A DNA stretch of 32,000 nt from Nitrosococcus oceani ATCC 19707 (GTDB taxonomy: Bacteria; Pseudomonadota; Gammaproteobacteria; Nitrosococcales; Nitrosococcaceae). The stretch covers positions 1,830,001-1,862,000 of the forward strand of contig NC_007484.1 in NCBI RefSeq assembly GCF_000012805.1, read 5' to 3'. A program made the position numbers and the translations under genes. Positions 1 to 8,147 of the stretch are shown here, piece by piece (position 1 is the first letter of the stretch; each line of letters opens with the position of its first letter). The notes below the pieces were generated by a model. It was given only the letters and a program-made list of their open reading frames with translations. It searched no databases and was not told the origin of the DNA.

Positions 1-19
1 TCCGCTCTTAGGTGGTAGT

Positions 20-454
20 TTGATCCTTTATGTTTTATGTCGGCTATGGGTAGGAACCTTTGACTACTCGGCAGGGGCTGCGGGATTTTTGGGGGTATTC
101 GACGCCGTTTTACTGGTTTTAATGGCAAGCGTGCCTCTGCTATTGCTTAAACGCGGTGATCGAATAGTGCAAACCGTGACGGCATTGGTCTGTGTCGGTA
201 TTGCGGTGAGTCTCGCCGATTTATTCCTTTTATTTCTTTTAAGCGATTTACCACTTCCTGTTTCTGAAGAGCGTATGGACGGACTTCTCAGTTTTTTGAC
301 CTTTCCAGTTCTGCTGTGGAGATTGCTCATGAATACTACCTTACTGAGGTATGCTTTATCCTGGGGTTTTATGAGTGCTTTCGCTTTAGCGGTAGGGCAT
401 TTAGCGGTTGTAGGTTTTCTGGGGGGGAGGTTGGCCTCTAGCTTGATGGGATAA
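20..454 (+). CDS. hypothetical polytopic membrane protein (possibly 5'-truncated by the window edge)
   Basis: 144-codon ORF starting at TTG 20. The frame stays open back to nt 2, so the real start may lie upstream of the window. The translation is dominated by hydrophobic helices (LLVLMASVPLLLL, ALVCVGIAVSLADLFLLFLL, FALAVGHLAVVGFLGG). A hairpin plus T-tract follows at 470-498. No family recognised. Confidence 0.45.
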   Translation: MILYVLCRLWVGTFDYSAGAAGFLGVFDAVLLVLMASVPLLLLKRGDRIVQTVTALVCVGIAVSLADLFLLFLLSDLPLPVSEERMDGLLSFLTFPVLLWRLLMNTTLLRYALSWGFMSAFALAVGHLAVVGFLGGRLASSLMG

Positions 455-469
455 GATTAGGTATCCGTT

Positions 470-498
470 GTGGGACAGCCCACTTCTTTTTGGTTTTT
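470..498 (+). terminator. candidate intrinsic terminator after the first ORF
   Basis: GTGGG(470-474)-ACAG-CCCAC(479-483) followed directly by TTCTTTTTGGTTTTT. The stem is short (5 bp, GC-rich) but the T-tract is classical. It lies 16 nt after the stop at 454. Confidence 0.45.
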
Positions 499-623
499 AC
501 TCTGCTTCTATCAACGGTGTTTCTTGCAAAATAGAGGATGACTGTTGAGTAGGAGATATATCTCTGGATGAAGGAACTTCGGCCCTCAGCTATGCTGTCC
601 ATGGCCGTGTAGTTGCCAAGTAC

Positions 624-2051
624 TTGGGTCAGTTACTCGCTATGCTTGCGATTCTGACCTTAGCTCCTCTGGGAGCATCGATCATTTTTAATGAATATGC
701 GTTAAGCATTCGTTACCTTGCCATTGTCCTTGTTTTAAGTTTTTTGGCTATTCCTTTGGCGCGATTATCTGTACCTGTCCAAGTGCAGGTCAACGAAGCT
801 TTAGTAGTGGTGGTCCTTACTTTTATCCTAGCACCGTTAGTGATGAGCTTTGCCCTTATGGGCGAGGGCCTCTCCTTTTTGGATGCTTTTTTTGAAGCTG
901 TGTCCGCGATTACGACCACAGGGTTATCCACTTTAGCAAGCGTTGAGGATAAATCCCAAACTTTTCTGTTTGCCCGGGCTTGGATGCAGTGGTACGGTGG
1001 TCTAGGGATCGTTGTATTGTCTGTGGCCTTGTTAATGGGACAGCATATAGCAGCCCGGCGGCTCACTGAACCTATGGGAGGAGCTGATGATGGCTGGGTT
1101 ACTACGGCAAGAGCTCATGCCCGGCGGATGTTAGTCGTTTATGGCGTGTTAACCGGCTGGGGGCTATGGGTCCTGTGGATGGTTGAGGGGGATTTTTCAT
1201 GGGCTCTAAATTATGCGCTCTCTGCCGTTTCCACGGGCGGTTTTTCTCCTTCAGATAAAAGTTTGCTGGGGTTGGATACCAGTTTTGCTCGCTGGGCAAT
1301 TATCTTATTGGCTTTGGCTGGAGCCATTCCCTTACCGCTTTACTATCTTATTTACCACTTCGGCTGGCGCCAAGCCTTGGGGAAGCGAGGATTGCGTATT
1401 TTTGATATGGAATTACGGGCCTTGGTATTGATTGGTTTGGCAGGCAGCGGAGTTCTTGCATGGCTTCTTTGTTCCTCGCTAGGTTTACCGTGGATGGAGA
1501 GTGTTTTCCAGGGCTTGTTGTTGGGATTTTCTGCCCAGACCACGGCTGGTTTTAGTTCGCTGGAAGTTGCTGAACTTGATTCTGGTTCAAAATTACTGTT
1601 GATAGGCATGATGGGTATAGGCGGGGGAGTCGGTTCTACCGCTGGAGGTATCAAGATATTGCGGCTATTGATTTTTCTGCGTTTGGTGCAATTCCTTATA
1701 CAGGGCACCGCTCTCCCTCCTCAAGCCGTACATAAGCCCAAGCTAGCAGGAAGAATTTTGCAGGAAGAAGAAATTCGACAGGTGCTGTTACTGATTTTAT
1801 TGTTTGGGATGGTGGTTTGGTGTTCCTGGTTTCTGTTAGTGCTATTTGGCGCGCTTCCGCTGGATGCGTTTTTCGAGGTGGTATCGGCGACGGGAACCGT
1901 GGGTCTTTCCACTGGTATTACCGCACCCGATCTGCACCCTCTGTTGAAGCTCTTGCTTTGCCTGGATATGTTATTCGGCCGATTAGAGATTATTGCGCTG
2001 TTGGTGCTTTGCTATCCCCATACCTGGATAGGGCGGCGCACTGGATCCTAA
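624..2051 (+). CDS. trkH: Trk-type K+ uptake membrane subunit TrkH
   Basis: 475-aa polytopic protein with the repeated selectivity-filter-like motifs of the TrkH/KtrB family (AVSAITTTGLS, ALSAVSTGGFS, FSAQTTAGFSS, VVSATGTVGLSTG) and the C-terminal LFGRLEIIALLVL signature. A trkA-like gene follows immediately. The start is uncertain: TTG 624 or ATG 642, neither with a good SD. Confidence 0.88.
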   Translation: MGQLLAMLAILTLAPLGASIIFNEYALSIRYLAIVLVLSFLAIPLARLSVPVQVQVNEALVVVVLTFILAPLVMSFALMGEGLSFLDAFFEAVSAITTTGLSTLASVEDKSQTFLFARAWMQWYGGLGIVVLSVALLMGQHIAARRLTEPMGGADDGWVTTARAHARRMLVVYGVLTGWGLWVLWMVEGDFSWALNYALSAVSTGGFSPSDKSLLGLDTSFARWAIILLALAGAIPLPLYYLIYHFGWRQALGKRGLRIFDMELRALVLIGLAGSGVLAWLLCSSLGLPWMESVFQGLLLGFSAQTTAGFSSLEVAELDSGSKLLLIGMMGIGGGVGSTAGGIKILRLLIFLRLVQFLIQGTALPPQAVHKPKLAGRILQEEEIRQVLLLILLFGMVVWCSWFLLVLFGALPLDAFFEVVSATGTVGLSTGITAPDLHPLLKLLLCLDMLFGRLEIIALLVLCYPHTWIGRRTGS

Positions 2052-2106
2052 ATAAAATAAGCAGCCGTTTGAGCTATGGTTGTTGACAAAAGGAGTAACT
2101 AAAACG

Positions 2107-2772
2107 ATGCGCGCAGTTTTTGTTGGGGCAGGCTCCTTGGCCGTAATGACCGCCCGCTTGCTCTTGAAGAGAGGTCATGAGGTGGTTTTCATTGAGTGTG
2201 AAAAGGAGCGAGTGGATGCGTTAGCCGAAGAGCTGGATTGTGGTTTTTTGCACGGTGATGGTAGTAAGCCCGCTATTTTACGTCAAGCTGATCCAGCAGG
2301 TACCCATATTTTATATTGTCTCATGGATAATGATCAGGCCAATATTTTAGCTAGTTTGATGGGGCGGTCATTGGGTTTTCGCCGGGTAGTCACCAAGATA
2401 GAAGAGCCGGAGTTGGAGCACCTGTGCATTGAACTGGGATTAGATGATACTATTATTCCGGATCGGACTATTGGCCGCTATTTGGCAGATATGTTTGACG
2501 GCAGAGATCCCTTGGAACTTTCTACAATGATCCGGGATGTGGCTCGGGTATTCTCATTTGCCGTTGGGGAGAAGGATGAAGGTTCTATTGAAACACTTGA
2601 TTTGCCCGAAAGAAGTCGAATAATTTGTGTGTATCGAAACAATGAATTTCTTATTCCCGAATCTGAGACCCAATTGAAAGCTAAGGATGAAGTAGTGATT
2701 ATCACCCATCGGCAGAATTTAGCCAAATTGGAGGAGCGTTGGACTCTGCAGCGGCAGCAATCAATTTCTTAG
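2107..2772 (+). CDS. trkA: Trk/Ktr system NAD-binding regulatory subunit (single TrkA-N + TrkA-C, half-size TrkA)
   Basis: Rossmann motif VFVGAGSLAVMTARLLLKRGHEVVFIE at the N-terminus and a C-terminal RCK_C-like segment (IICVYRNNEFLIPESETQLKAKDEVVIIT). I prefer ATG 2107, with AGGAG at 2091-2095 located 11 nt upstream, over the track's TTG 2080. Confidence 0.82.
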   Translation: MRAVFVGAGSLAVMTARLLLKRGHEVVFIECEKERVDALAEELDCGFLHGDGSKPAILRQADPAGTHILYCLMDNDQANILASLMGRSLGFRRVVTKIEEPELEHLCIELGLDDTIIPDRTIGRYLADMFDGRDPLELSTMIRDVARVFSFAVGEKDEGSIETLDLPERSRIICVYRNNEFLIPESETQLKAKDEVVIITHRQNLAKLEERWTLQRQQSIS

Positions 2773-2783
2773 ATTTTCTTGAA

Positions 2784-3173
2784 TTAGGGAAGCCGCTGTT
2801 GAGCAACGATTTTATAGTTGTCCATATTTCTAACCAAAATTTCCCCATAGTAGTACTCTAACCGATAATTTTCACCGGCTACGGCAGTAAAAGCGATCGT
2901 GGTTTTTTGGGTGGGGTGATCGCCCGGATCTCGGTAGCGGTATCCCACCGTAAAACGATGGGAGCCCGGGGGGACGGCTACTTTATTTTGCCAGAATTTT
3001 AAGCGTTTGCCATCAACGGCAATGATAAAAACGTTACTGAATACCACATTTCGGAAGTCTAGGCTTCCAGCTACATAAGCGAGCTGTTCAGTGGGCTTAG
3101 GAGATACTTGGTAACTACAGGCAATGATTAGAATGTTGGTGCACACAATAGCGGCAATTGTTCTATGGTTCAA
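2784..3173 (-). CDS. hypothetical lipoprotein
   Basis: 129-aa ORF with a signal peptide ending in the lipobox-like I-I-A-C (NILIIACSYQ). The rest looks beta-rich. It is convergent with trkA, with stops 11 nt apart. No family recognised. Confidence 0.5.
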   Translation of the reverse strand: MNHRTIAAIVCTNILIIACSYQVSPKPTEQLAYVAGSLDFRNVVFSNVFIIAVDGKRLKFWQNKVAVPPGSHRFTVGYRYRDPGDHPTQKTTIAFTAVAGENYRLEYYYGEILVRNMDNYKIVAQQRLP

Positions 3174-3218
3174 CTAGAGAGAGTCTCGTTCAGTGGTTTC
3201 GGTAAAGCGTTTCAGTTT

Positions 3219-6200
3219 CTAGGCTGCTTTTTTCATGATCAGTATTTTTAGCAATTTTTCTAGGGTCTCTAAGCGTGCTTGGACCGTAGGAAGTTTTCGG
3301 GTAAAGCGCAGCTTTTCCTGGCCATCGAGTTTATAAACGCTAGGCTGTGTCTGAATTAAATCAATAATGGCCATAGGATCCACTTTAGGTTCCGATTGAA
3401 AGTGAATCCGACCGCCATGGGCACCTGCTTCGATCTTGCGAATACCGATTTCATTTGCTTTTAAGCGGAGTTCGTGGGTAGCAAATAGAGTCTTAGTGGC
3501 TTCTGGCAATAGACCGAAGCGATCAATCATCTCTACCTGAAGTTCTGTCAGTGCTTGGTGATTTTTGGCGGTGGCGATCCGTTTATAGAGCACTAATCGG
3601 GTATGCACATCCGGGAGGTAATCTTCTGGGATCAGGGCGGGAGCATGGAGGTCGACCTCTGAACCTTGTTCCGGTGGTTGCTCTAAATCCAAGGCTTGCC
3701 CGGACTTTAAGCTATTGACTGCCCGTTCTAGCAGATCATGGTAAAGATCAAAGCCGATTTCTTGCATTTGCCCGCTTTGGTCTTTACCCAGTAGTTCACC
3801 CGCCCCCCGGATTTCCATATCATGGCTAGCTAAGGTAAAACCAGCACCTAGTTCTTCCAGGGACTCAATGGCATCTAGGCGTTTGATCGCATCTGCGGTC
3901 ATGACCGAGCGAGGAGGGACAATCAGATAGGCATAGGCTCGGTGGTGAGAGCGTCCCACTCGTCCCCGGAGTTGATATAATTGGGCTAAGCCCAATTTAT
4001 CGGCCCGATGGATAATGATAGTATTGGCGCTAGGAATATCAATCCCAGTTTCAATAATAGTAGTGCAAATCAGGACATTAAAACGTCGGTGATAGAAATT
4101 TAGCATCACCTGTTCTAGCTCCCGCTCCCGCATCTGACCATGGGCAATGCCCACTTTGGCTTCAGGAAAAAGGGTTTGAACTCGCTGGGCCATTTTATTA
4201 ATGCTTTCTACTTCATTATGAAGAAAATAGACTTGTCCCCCTCGCTTGATTTCCCGCAATAATGCTTCCCGGAGAAGATTGTCATTCCATTGCCGCACAA
4301 AAGTTTTAATAGCTAGACGCCGCGCCGGTGGCGTGGCAATGATGGAGAGATCCCTGAGATTGGACAGAGACATATGGAGGGTTCGGGGAATGGGGGTTGC
4401 AGTTAGGGTGAGAATATCCACCTCGGTTCGTAGAGCCTTCATCCGTTCCTTCTGTCGGACTCCAAAGCGGTGTTCTTCATCGATAATTACCAATCCTAGA
4501 TTCTTAAAACGGATATTTTCCTGCAGCAATTTATGGGTGCCAATCACAATATCTGCTCGGCCATCAGCAATACCACTGATCACTGCTTCTTGTTCTTTGC
4601 GGGAACGGAACCGGGATATAACTTCTACCCGCGCTGGCCAATCGGCAAACCGGTCTTTAAAGCTTTGATAATGTTGCTGGGCCAGGAGCGTGGTAGGCAC
4701 CAGTACTGCCACCTGCTTGCCTGCTTGTGAGACAATGAAGGTCGCCCGCATCGCCACTTCAGTTTTACCAAAACCCACATCTCCACAGACGAGGCGATCC
4801 ATGGGTTGATCTGAAGTCAAATCGGCAATCACCGCTTGGATAGCATCCGCTTGGTCCGGGGTTTCCTCAAAGGGGAAGGCGCGAGCAAAGGCGGTATAGT
4901 GAGAATCTGGGGTAGGCAGGGGCAGTTTTTTTCGAGCCGCCCGCTGAGCATAGATAGCTAGCAGTTCGGCGGCTACATCTCGGACTCGTTCCCGGGCCTT
5001 ACGCTTGGCTCGTTCCCAATGGTTGGAACCGAGTTTATGCAGGGGCGCCGCCTCGGGAGTGGCGCCAGTATAGCGGTTAATCAGGTGGAGAGAAGAGACG
5101 GGGACATAGAGCTTATCTCCTCCTGCGTATTCCAACGCCATAAATTCGGTGCGGACTTTCCCAACTTCTAGGGTCTGCAGTCCTAAGTAGCGGCCCACAC
5201 CATGTTCCTCATGGACCACTGGGGCGCCGATGGAGAGTTCTACTAAATCCCGAACTACCGCATCCGCATCACGGGTACGCTCCTTACGACGGCGGTACTG
5301 CATGGCTTGTTGGCCAAATAATTGAGACTCCGCGACCACGGCGGTCCGTGGCTCGCTGAGCAGCAAGCCATGCTGTAGAGGCGCAACGGTAATACCAAGA
5401 CGTTCCTCAGCTTGCAGAAAAGTCTCCCAGTTTTCAAAGAAATGGGGCCGAATTCCACTGTCTTTGAATAAATCTCGCAAAGTTTCCCGGCGTCCTGCGG
5501 TTTCGGCGGCAAATAAGACCCGCCCCGTAAAGCTTTTTATAAATTGGTTGAGAGTTTTCAGCGGCTGGGAAATACGGGCATTGAGCATAAGCGAGGGCGG
5601 CGCCTCAGTAGAAAAATTTTGATAACCGGCTTTTTCCTCTACTTTTGAGGATTGTAGACTGATTCGAGGTAGGTGTTTAAGGGAGGAAAAGACCTCTCCG
5701 GCTTGCAGATAGAGTTTTGGGGGGGGTAGAAGAGGGCGCTCTATATCGTGGCGATATTGCTCGTAGCGAGCATTAATCTCTCTCCAAAAACTCTCAGCAG
5801 TGGTGTTGACTCCTTCCACAGTGACAGCCAGCGTATTGTTAGGGAGATAGTCGAATAGGGTATCAGTGTGGTCGAAAAAAAGCGACAGGTAATATTCTAT
5901 TCCTGGAAAAGGATGTCCTTCGCTTACCTCTCGGTAAATCAAGCTGCGCTGAGGATCACCGTTAAAGGCGCCCCGATAGTTCTTTCGGAATCGGGTAATC
6001 GTTTCTTCTACCAGGGGAAATTCCCGGGCAGGTAGCAGTTGGATCTGTGCTACCGATTGCAGAGAGCGCTGGGTTTCCGGATCGAAGCTGCGGAGACTAT
6101 CCACTTCATTATCAAAGAGATCGATTCGATAAGGCAGCGTGCTGCCCATGGGGAACAGGTCGATGAGGGAACCCCGAATGGCGAATTCGCCGTGCTCCAT

Positions 6201-6695
6201 TACCTGGGAGACACAACGATATCCTCCCTTTTCTAGTTGCTTGCGCCAATTCTCCAGGTGAAGGTGATCGCCAGTTGCCACCAGTAAACTATGGGTTTCT
6301 AGATATTCTTGGGGCGCCAGCCGCTGCATTAAGGTGGAGACTGGAACGATCAATATACCACGCTCTAAGCGAGGTAATTGGTAAAGGGTGGCAAGCCGTT
6401 CGGAGAGGATATCCTGATGGGGAGAAAAAGTGTCATAGGGTAAAGTTTCCCAATCAGGAAAATGGAGGATGGGGCTATCTTCCTGGCCGTTGCGATAAAA
6501 GCGGAGCTCATCTTCCAACCGGTTTGCCGTAATCGTATCTGGTGTTATGACCAAAATAGGGCCCGGATGATAATAGGCGGAGGCCGCTAATACCAGACCA
6601 AAACTGCTTCCGTAAAGTTGACCAAAACGATGATGGTCACCAGCCTGTCGGGGTAAGACTGGTGCTAGAGAGGCGAGATTTAAAGCAGGTGGCAT
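3219..6695 (-). CDS. mfd: transcription-repair coupling factor Mfd
   Basis: 1158 aa. Superfamily-2 helicase motifs LVCGDVGFGKTEVAMRA (Walker A), IIDEEHRFGV (DEEH) and LTLTATPIPRTL, plus the TRCF-type C-terminal domain. Length and architecture match E. coli Mfd. Confidence 0.97.
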   Translation of the reverse strand: MPPALNLASLAPVLPRQAGDHHRFGQLYGSSFGLVLAASAYYHPGPILVITPDTITANRLEDELRFYRNGQEDSPILHFPDWETLPYDTFSPHQDILSERLATLYQLPRLERGILIVPVSTLMQRLAPQEYLETHSLLVATGDHLHLENWRKQLEKGGYRCVSQVMEHGEFAIRGSLIDLFPMGSTLPYRIDLFDNEVDSLRSFDPETQRSLQSVAQIQLLPAREFPLVEETITRFRKNYRGAFNGDPQRSLIYREVSEGHPFPGIEYYLSLFFDHTDTLFDYLPNNTLAVTVEGVNTTAESFWREINARYEQYRHDIERPLLPPPKLYLQAGEVFSSLKHLPRISLQSSKVEEKAGYQNFSTEAPPSLMLNARISQPLKTLNQFIKSFTGRVLFAAETAGRRETLRDLFKDSGIRPHFFENWETFLQAEERLGITVAPLQHGLLLSEPRTAVVAESQLFGQQAMQYRRRKERTRDADAVVRDLVELSIGAPVVHEEHGVGRYLGLQTLEVGKVRTEFMALEYAGGDKLYVPVSSLHLINRYTGATPEAAPLHKLGSNHWERAKRKARERVRDVAAELLAIYAQRAARKKLPLPTPDSHYTAFARAFPFEETPDQADAIQAVIADLTSDQPMDRLVCGDVGFGKTEVAMRATFIVSQAGKQVAVLVPTTLLAQQHYQSFKDRFADWPARVEVISRFRSRKEQEAVISGIADGRADIVIGTHKLLQENIRFKNLGLVIIDEEHRFGVRQKERMKALRTEVDILTLTATPIPRTLHMSLSNLRDLSIIATPPARRLAIKTFVRQWNDNLLREALLREIKRGGQVYFLHNEVESINKMAQRVQTLFPEAKVGIAHGQMRERELEQVMLNFYHRRFNVLICTTIIETGIDIPSANTIIIHRADKLGLAQLYQLRGRVGRSHHRAYAYLIVPPRSVMTADAIKRLDAIESLEELGAGFTLASHDMEIRGAGELLGKDQSGQMQEIGFDLYHDLLERAVNSLKSGQALDLEQPPEQGSEVDLHAPALIPEDYLPDVHTRLVLYKRIATAKNHQALTELQVEMIDRFGLLPEATKTLFATHELRLKANEIGIRKIEAGAHGGRIHFQSEPKVDPMAIIDLIQTQPSVYKLDGQEKLRFTRKLPTVQARLETLEKLLKILIMKKAA

Positions 6696-6839
6696 AGGAG
6701 AGTTCTGGCAAATTTATAAAAATTGCTAGATTCTAAATATAGACTAAAAAGCATCATATTATATCTCTTTCAAACTTAACTAACCAGAATTAAAGAAAAT
6801 GATAGGCATTCTTTATTCCCTTCTTTGAAAGAATTCATA

Positions 6840-7170
6840 TGGTGCCCGGGGCCGGAATCGAACCGGCACGGGGTTACCCCCAAGGGATTTTCTTACCAGC
6901 TACAGCTTTCGCTGCTGCACTTGTCTAATAAAATACCAAATACATTTGTGGTCTGGACTTTATCTTTACCTTATCACTAATCAAATAATTAATGATTTAG
7001 GTAGGAGCCGTCAAGTCTCTACGCTTTCCTTTAAGGCTTAGCTCGGGATTGCCACCATCCTAAAACTTGCTGAGGTTTCCCCGAATTTGACTCCATTCAC
7101 ACTAGGGGTTTCCCACCTAGGTGCTCAAATTATTTAAGTCCCTTGCGTCTACCTATTTCGCCACCCGGGC
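6840..7170 (-). tRNA. leuZ: tRNA-Leu(UAA), split gene: 5' exon 7170-7136, group I intron 7135-6892, 3' exon 6891-6840 (CCA encoded)
   Basis: Minus-strand 5' exon: GCCCGGGTGGCGAAATAGGTAGACGCAAGGGACTT. 3' exon: AAAATCCCTTGGGGGTAACCCCGTGCCGGTTCGATTCCGGCCCCGGGCACCA. Joined, they give an 87-nt class II tRNA with acceptor GCCCGGG/CCCGGGC, anticodon stem AGGGA/TCCCT, loop CU-UAA-AA, variable arm GGGG-GTAA-CCCC and T arm GCCGG-TTCGATT-CCGGC. The D-arm is identical to that of the uninterrupted tRNA-Leu(CAA) at 10494-10580. Confidence 0.9.
6892..7135 (-). ncRNA. group I intron (subgroup IC3-like, no ORF) inserted between U34 and A35 of tRNA-Leu(UAA)
   Basis: 244 nt. P1 is CUU|AAA-UAA-UUUGAG, with exon U34 in a U.G wobble at the 5' splice site. 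P2 is CUAGGUGG-GAAA-CCCCUAG. Conserved core strings are GUCAAAUUCGGGGAAACC, GGCAAUCCCGAGCUAAGCC and GUAGAGACUUGACGGCUCCUACCUAA. P9 is CAGC-GAAA-GCUG. The terminal G (complement of C6892) directly precedes the 3' exon. These strings closely resemble the Azoarcus tRNA-Ile and Anabaena tRNA-Leu introns as I remember them. Confidence 0.87.
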
Positions 7171-7238
7171 TCTACTACAAAAATTTACACTCTTTAAGCA
7201 CCATATATAAAGAAGAAAAGGAATCGAAATGATCGAAA

Positions 7239-7312
7239 TGGAGGCTGGGGTCGGAATCGAACCGGCGTCCACGGCTTTGCAGGCCGCTGCATAACCACTC
7301 TGCCACCCAGCC
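7239..7312 (-). tRNA. cysT: tRNA-Cys(GCA)
   Basis: The reverse complement is GGCTGGGTGGCAGAGTGGTTATGCAGCGGCCTGCAAAGCCGTGGACGCCGGTTCGATTCCGACCCCAGCCTCCA. It forms a cloverleaf with anticodon loop CT-GCA-AA and an encoded CCA. There is one C-A mismatch in the T stem. Confidence 0.9.
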
Positions 7313-7366
7313 TGAAGCAAGTTAGCTAATATTACTAATATATGAGATAAATTTAATCGTACTATT

Positions 7367-7442
<76 letters not shown>

Positions 7443-7458
7443 CCATAAAGCGATAATT

Positions 7459-7486
7459 ATTGTAACAGCGAACTTTTCTATGTCAA
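7459..7486 (-). promoter_or_regulatory. candidate sigma70 promoter of the tRNA Gly-Cys-Leu operon
   Basis: On the minus strand: TTGACA (7486-7481), a 16-nt spacer, then TACAAT (7464-7459). The -10 ends 16 nt upstream of the tRNA-Gly 5' end at 7442. The -35 starts 2 nt after the pgsA stop codon. Confidence 0.5.
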
Positions 7487-7487
7487 G

Positions 7488-8063
7488 TTAAGCTTGATCT
7501 TCTATCCGCCCCATTAATGCCGGCCAAGCAGCATTGAGATAAACAATCATTGATCCTAGCGTTAAGGCAACCGCAATATAGAGAAGAATTAAACCGATAT
7601 CCCATACCGGAATAGGGCCGATAGGATTCTGATAAAGTAATAAAAAAACAGCAATCATCTGAAAAGTAGTCTTAAATTTTCCTAGCATAGAAACAGCAAC
7701 ACTAGCCCGCAGCCCTATCTCCGCCATCCATTCCCGCAACGCCGATATCGTAAGCTCCCGACCAACAATAACCGCTACTGAAAGAGCCATTGGCACAGAA
7801 GGGTGACTTTGCAAGAGTAATATCAAGGCGATGACGACCATTAGCTTATCGGCAACTGGATCTAAAAAGGCCCCGAACGGTGAAGTTTGCTGCCAACGTC
7901 TTGCTAAATAGCCGTCTAACCAATCAGTAACAGCGGCTATACCAAATAATATTGCGCAAATTTCACGGGCATTGGGTATAGGAAGGTAAAACACTGTCAC
8001 CAAAATGGGGATAGCTACAATACGCAAAATTGTCATTACGTTGGGGATCGTATAGATGGGCAT
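7488..8063 (-). CDS. pgsA: CDP-diacylglycerol--glycerol-3-phosphate 3-phosphatidyltransferase
   Basis: CDP-alcohol phosphatidyltransferase motif DWLDGYLARRWQQTSPFGAFLDPVADK. ATG 8063 (MPIYTIPNVMTILR...) gives 191 aa and aligns with the E. coli PgsA N-terminus. The track's longer ORF (start 8129, +22 aa) is the alternative. Confidence 0.9.
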   Translation of the reverse strand: MPIYTIPNVMTILRIVAIPILVTVFYLPIPNAREICAILFGIAAVTDWLDGYLARRWQQTSPFGAFLDPVADKLMVVIALILLLQSHPSVPMALSVAVIVGRELTISALREWMAEIGLRASVAVSMLGKFKTTFQMIAVFLLLYQNPIGPIPVWDIGLILLYIAVALTLGSMIVYLNAAWPALMGRIEDQA

Positions 8064-8147
8064 AAATTTGGCCCTTTCCCGCTTAAAAAACCACGGAATC
8101 CTTACCTTACCACAACCGCTATTCTCCATTAGACTTATTTTTAACTA

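Noticed and set aside
4246-4668. 140-aa plus-strand ORF, with similar ones at 4533-4730, 6039-6236 and 6275-6532, antisense to mfd
   Set aside because: These are Arg/Ser-rich low-complexity translations lying entirely inside a strongly supported 1158-aa gene on the other strand. They are shadow ORFs. The same reasoning applies to 64-330, 713-1066, 1102-1708, 12677-12895, 14132-14362, 26941-27234, 27290-27764, 28520-28702, 29503-29730, 30090-30362 and 31354-31557.
6781-6839. ATTCTTT...AAAGAAT inverted repeat downstream of tRNA-Leu(UAA), considered as the operon terminator
   Set aside because: The stem is 7 bp and almost entirely A/T, with a 13-nt loop. That is too weak to call, although the following minus-strand T-rich run makes termination somewhere here likely.
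7223-7240. Tandem duplication ATCGAAATG-ATCGAAATG abutting the 3' end of tRNA-Cys
   Set aside because: There are only two copies of a 9-mer. It is plausibly a slippage remnant resembling the neighbouring GGAATCGAA T-arm sequence, and too short to call a repeat element or att site.
7456-7466. ATTATTGTAAC (also at 19229-19239) resembling the TTGTAAC core of E. coli Ter sites, considered as targets for the Tus-like protein
   Set aside because: Only 7 nt match the Ter core and the flanks differ. An 11-mer recurring twice in 32 kb on both strands is expected by chance. One copy is inside the tRNA promoter -10 and the other inside the yccA-like coding start.
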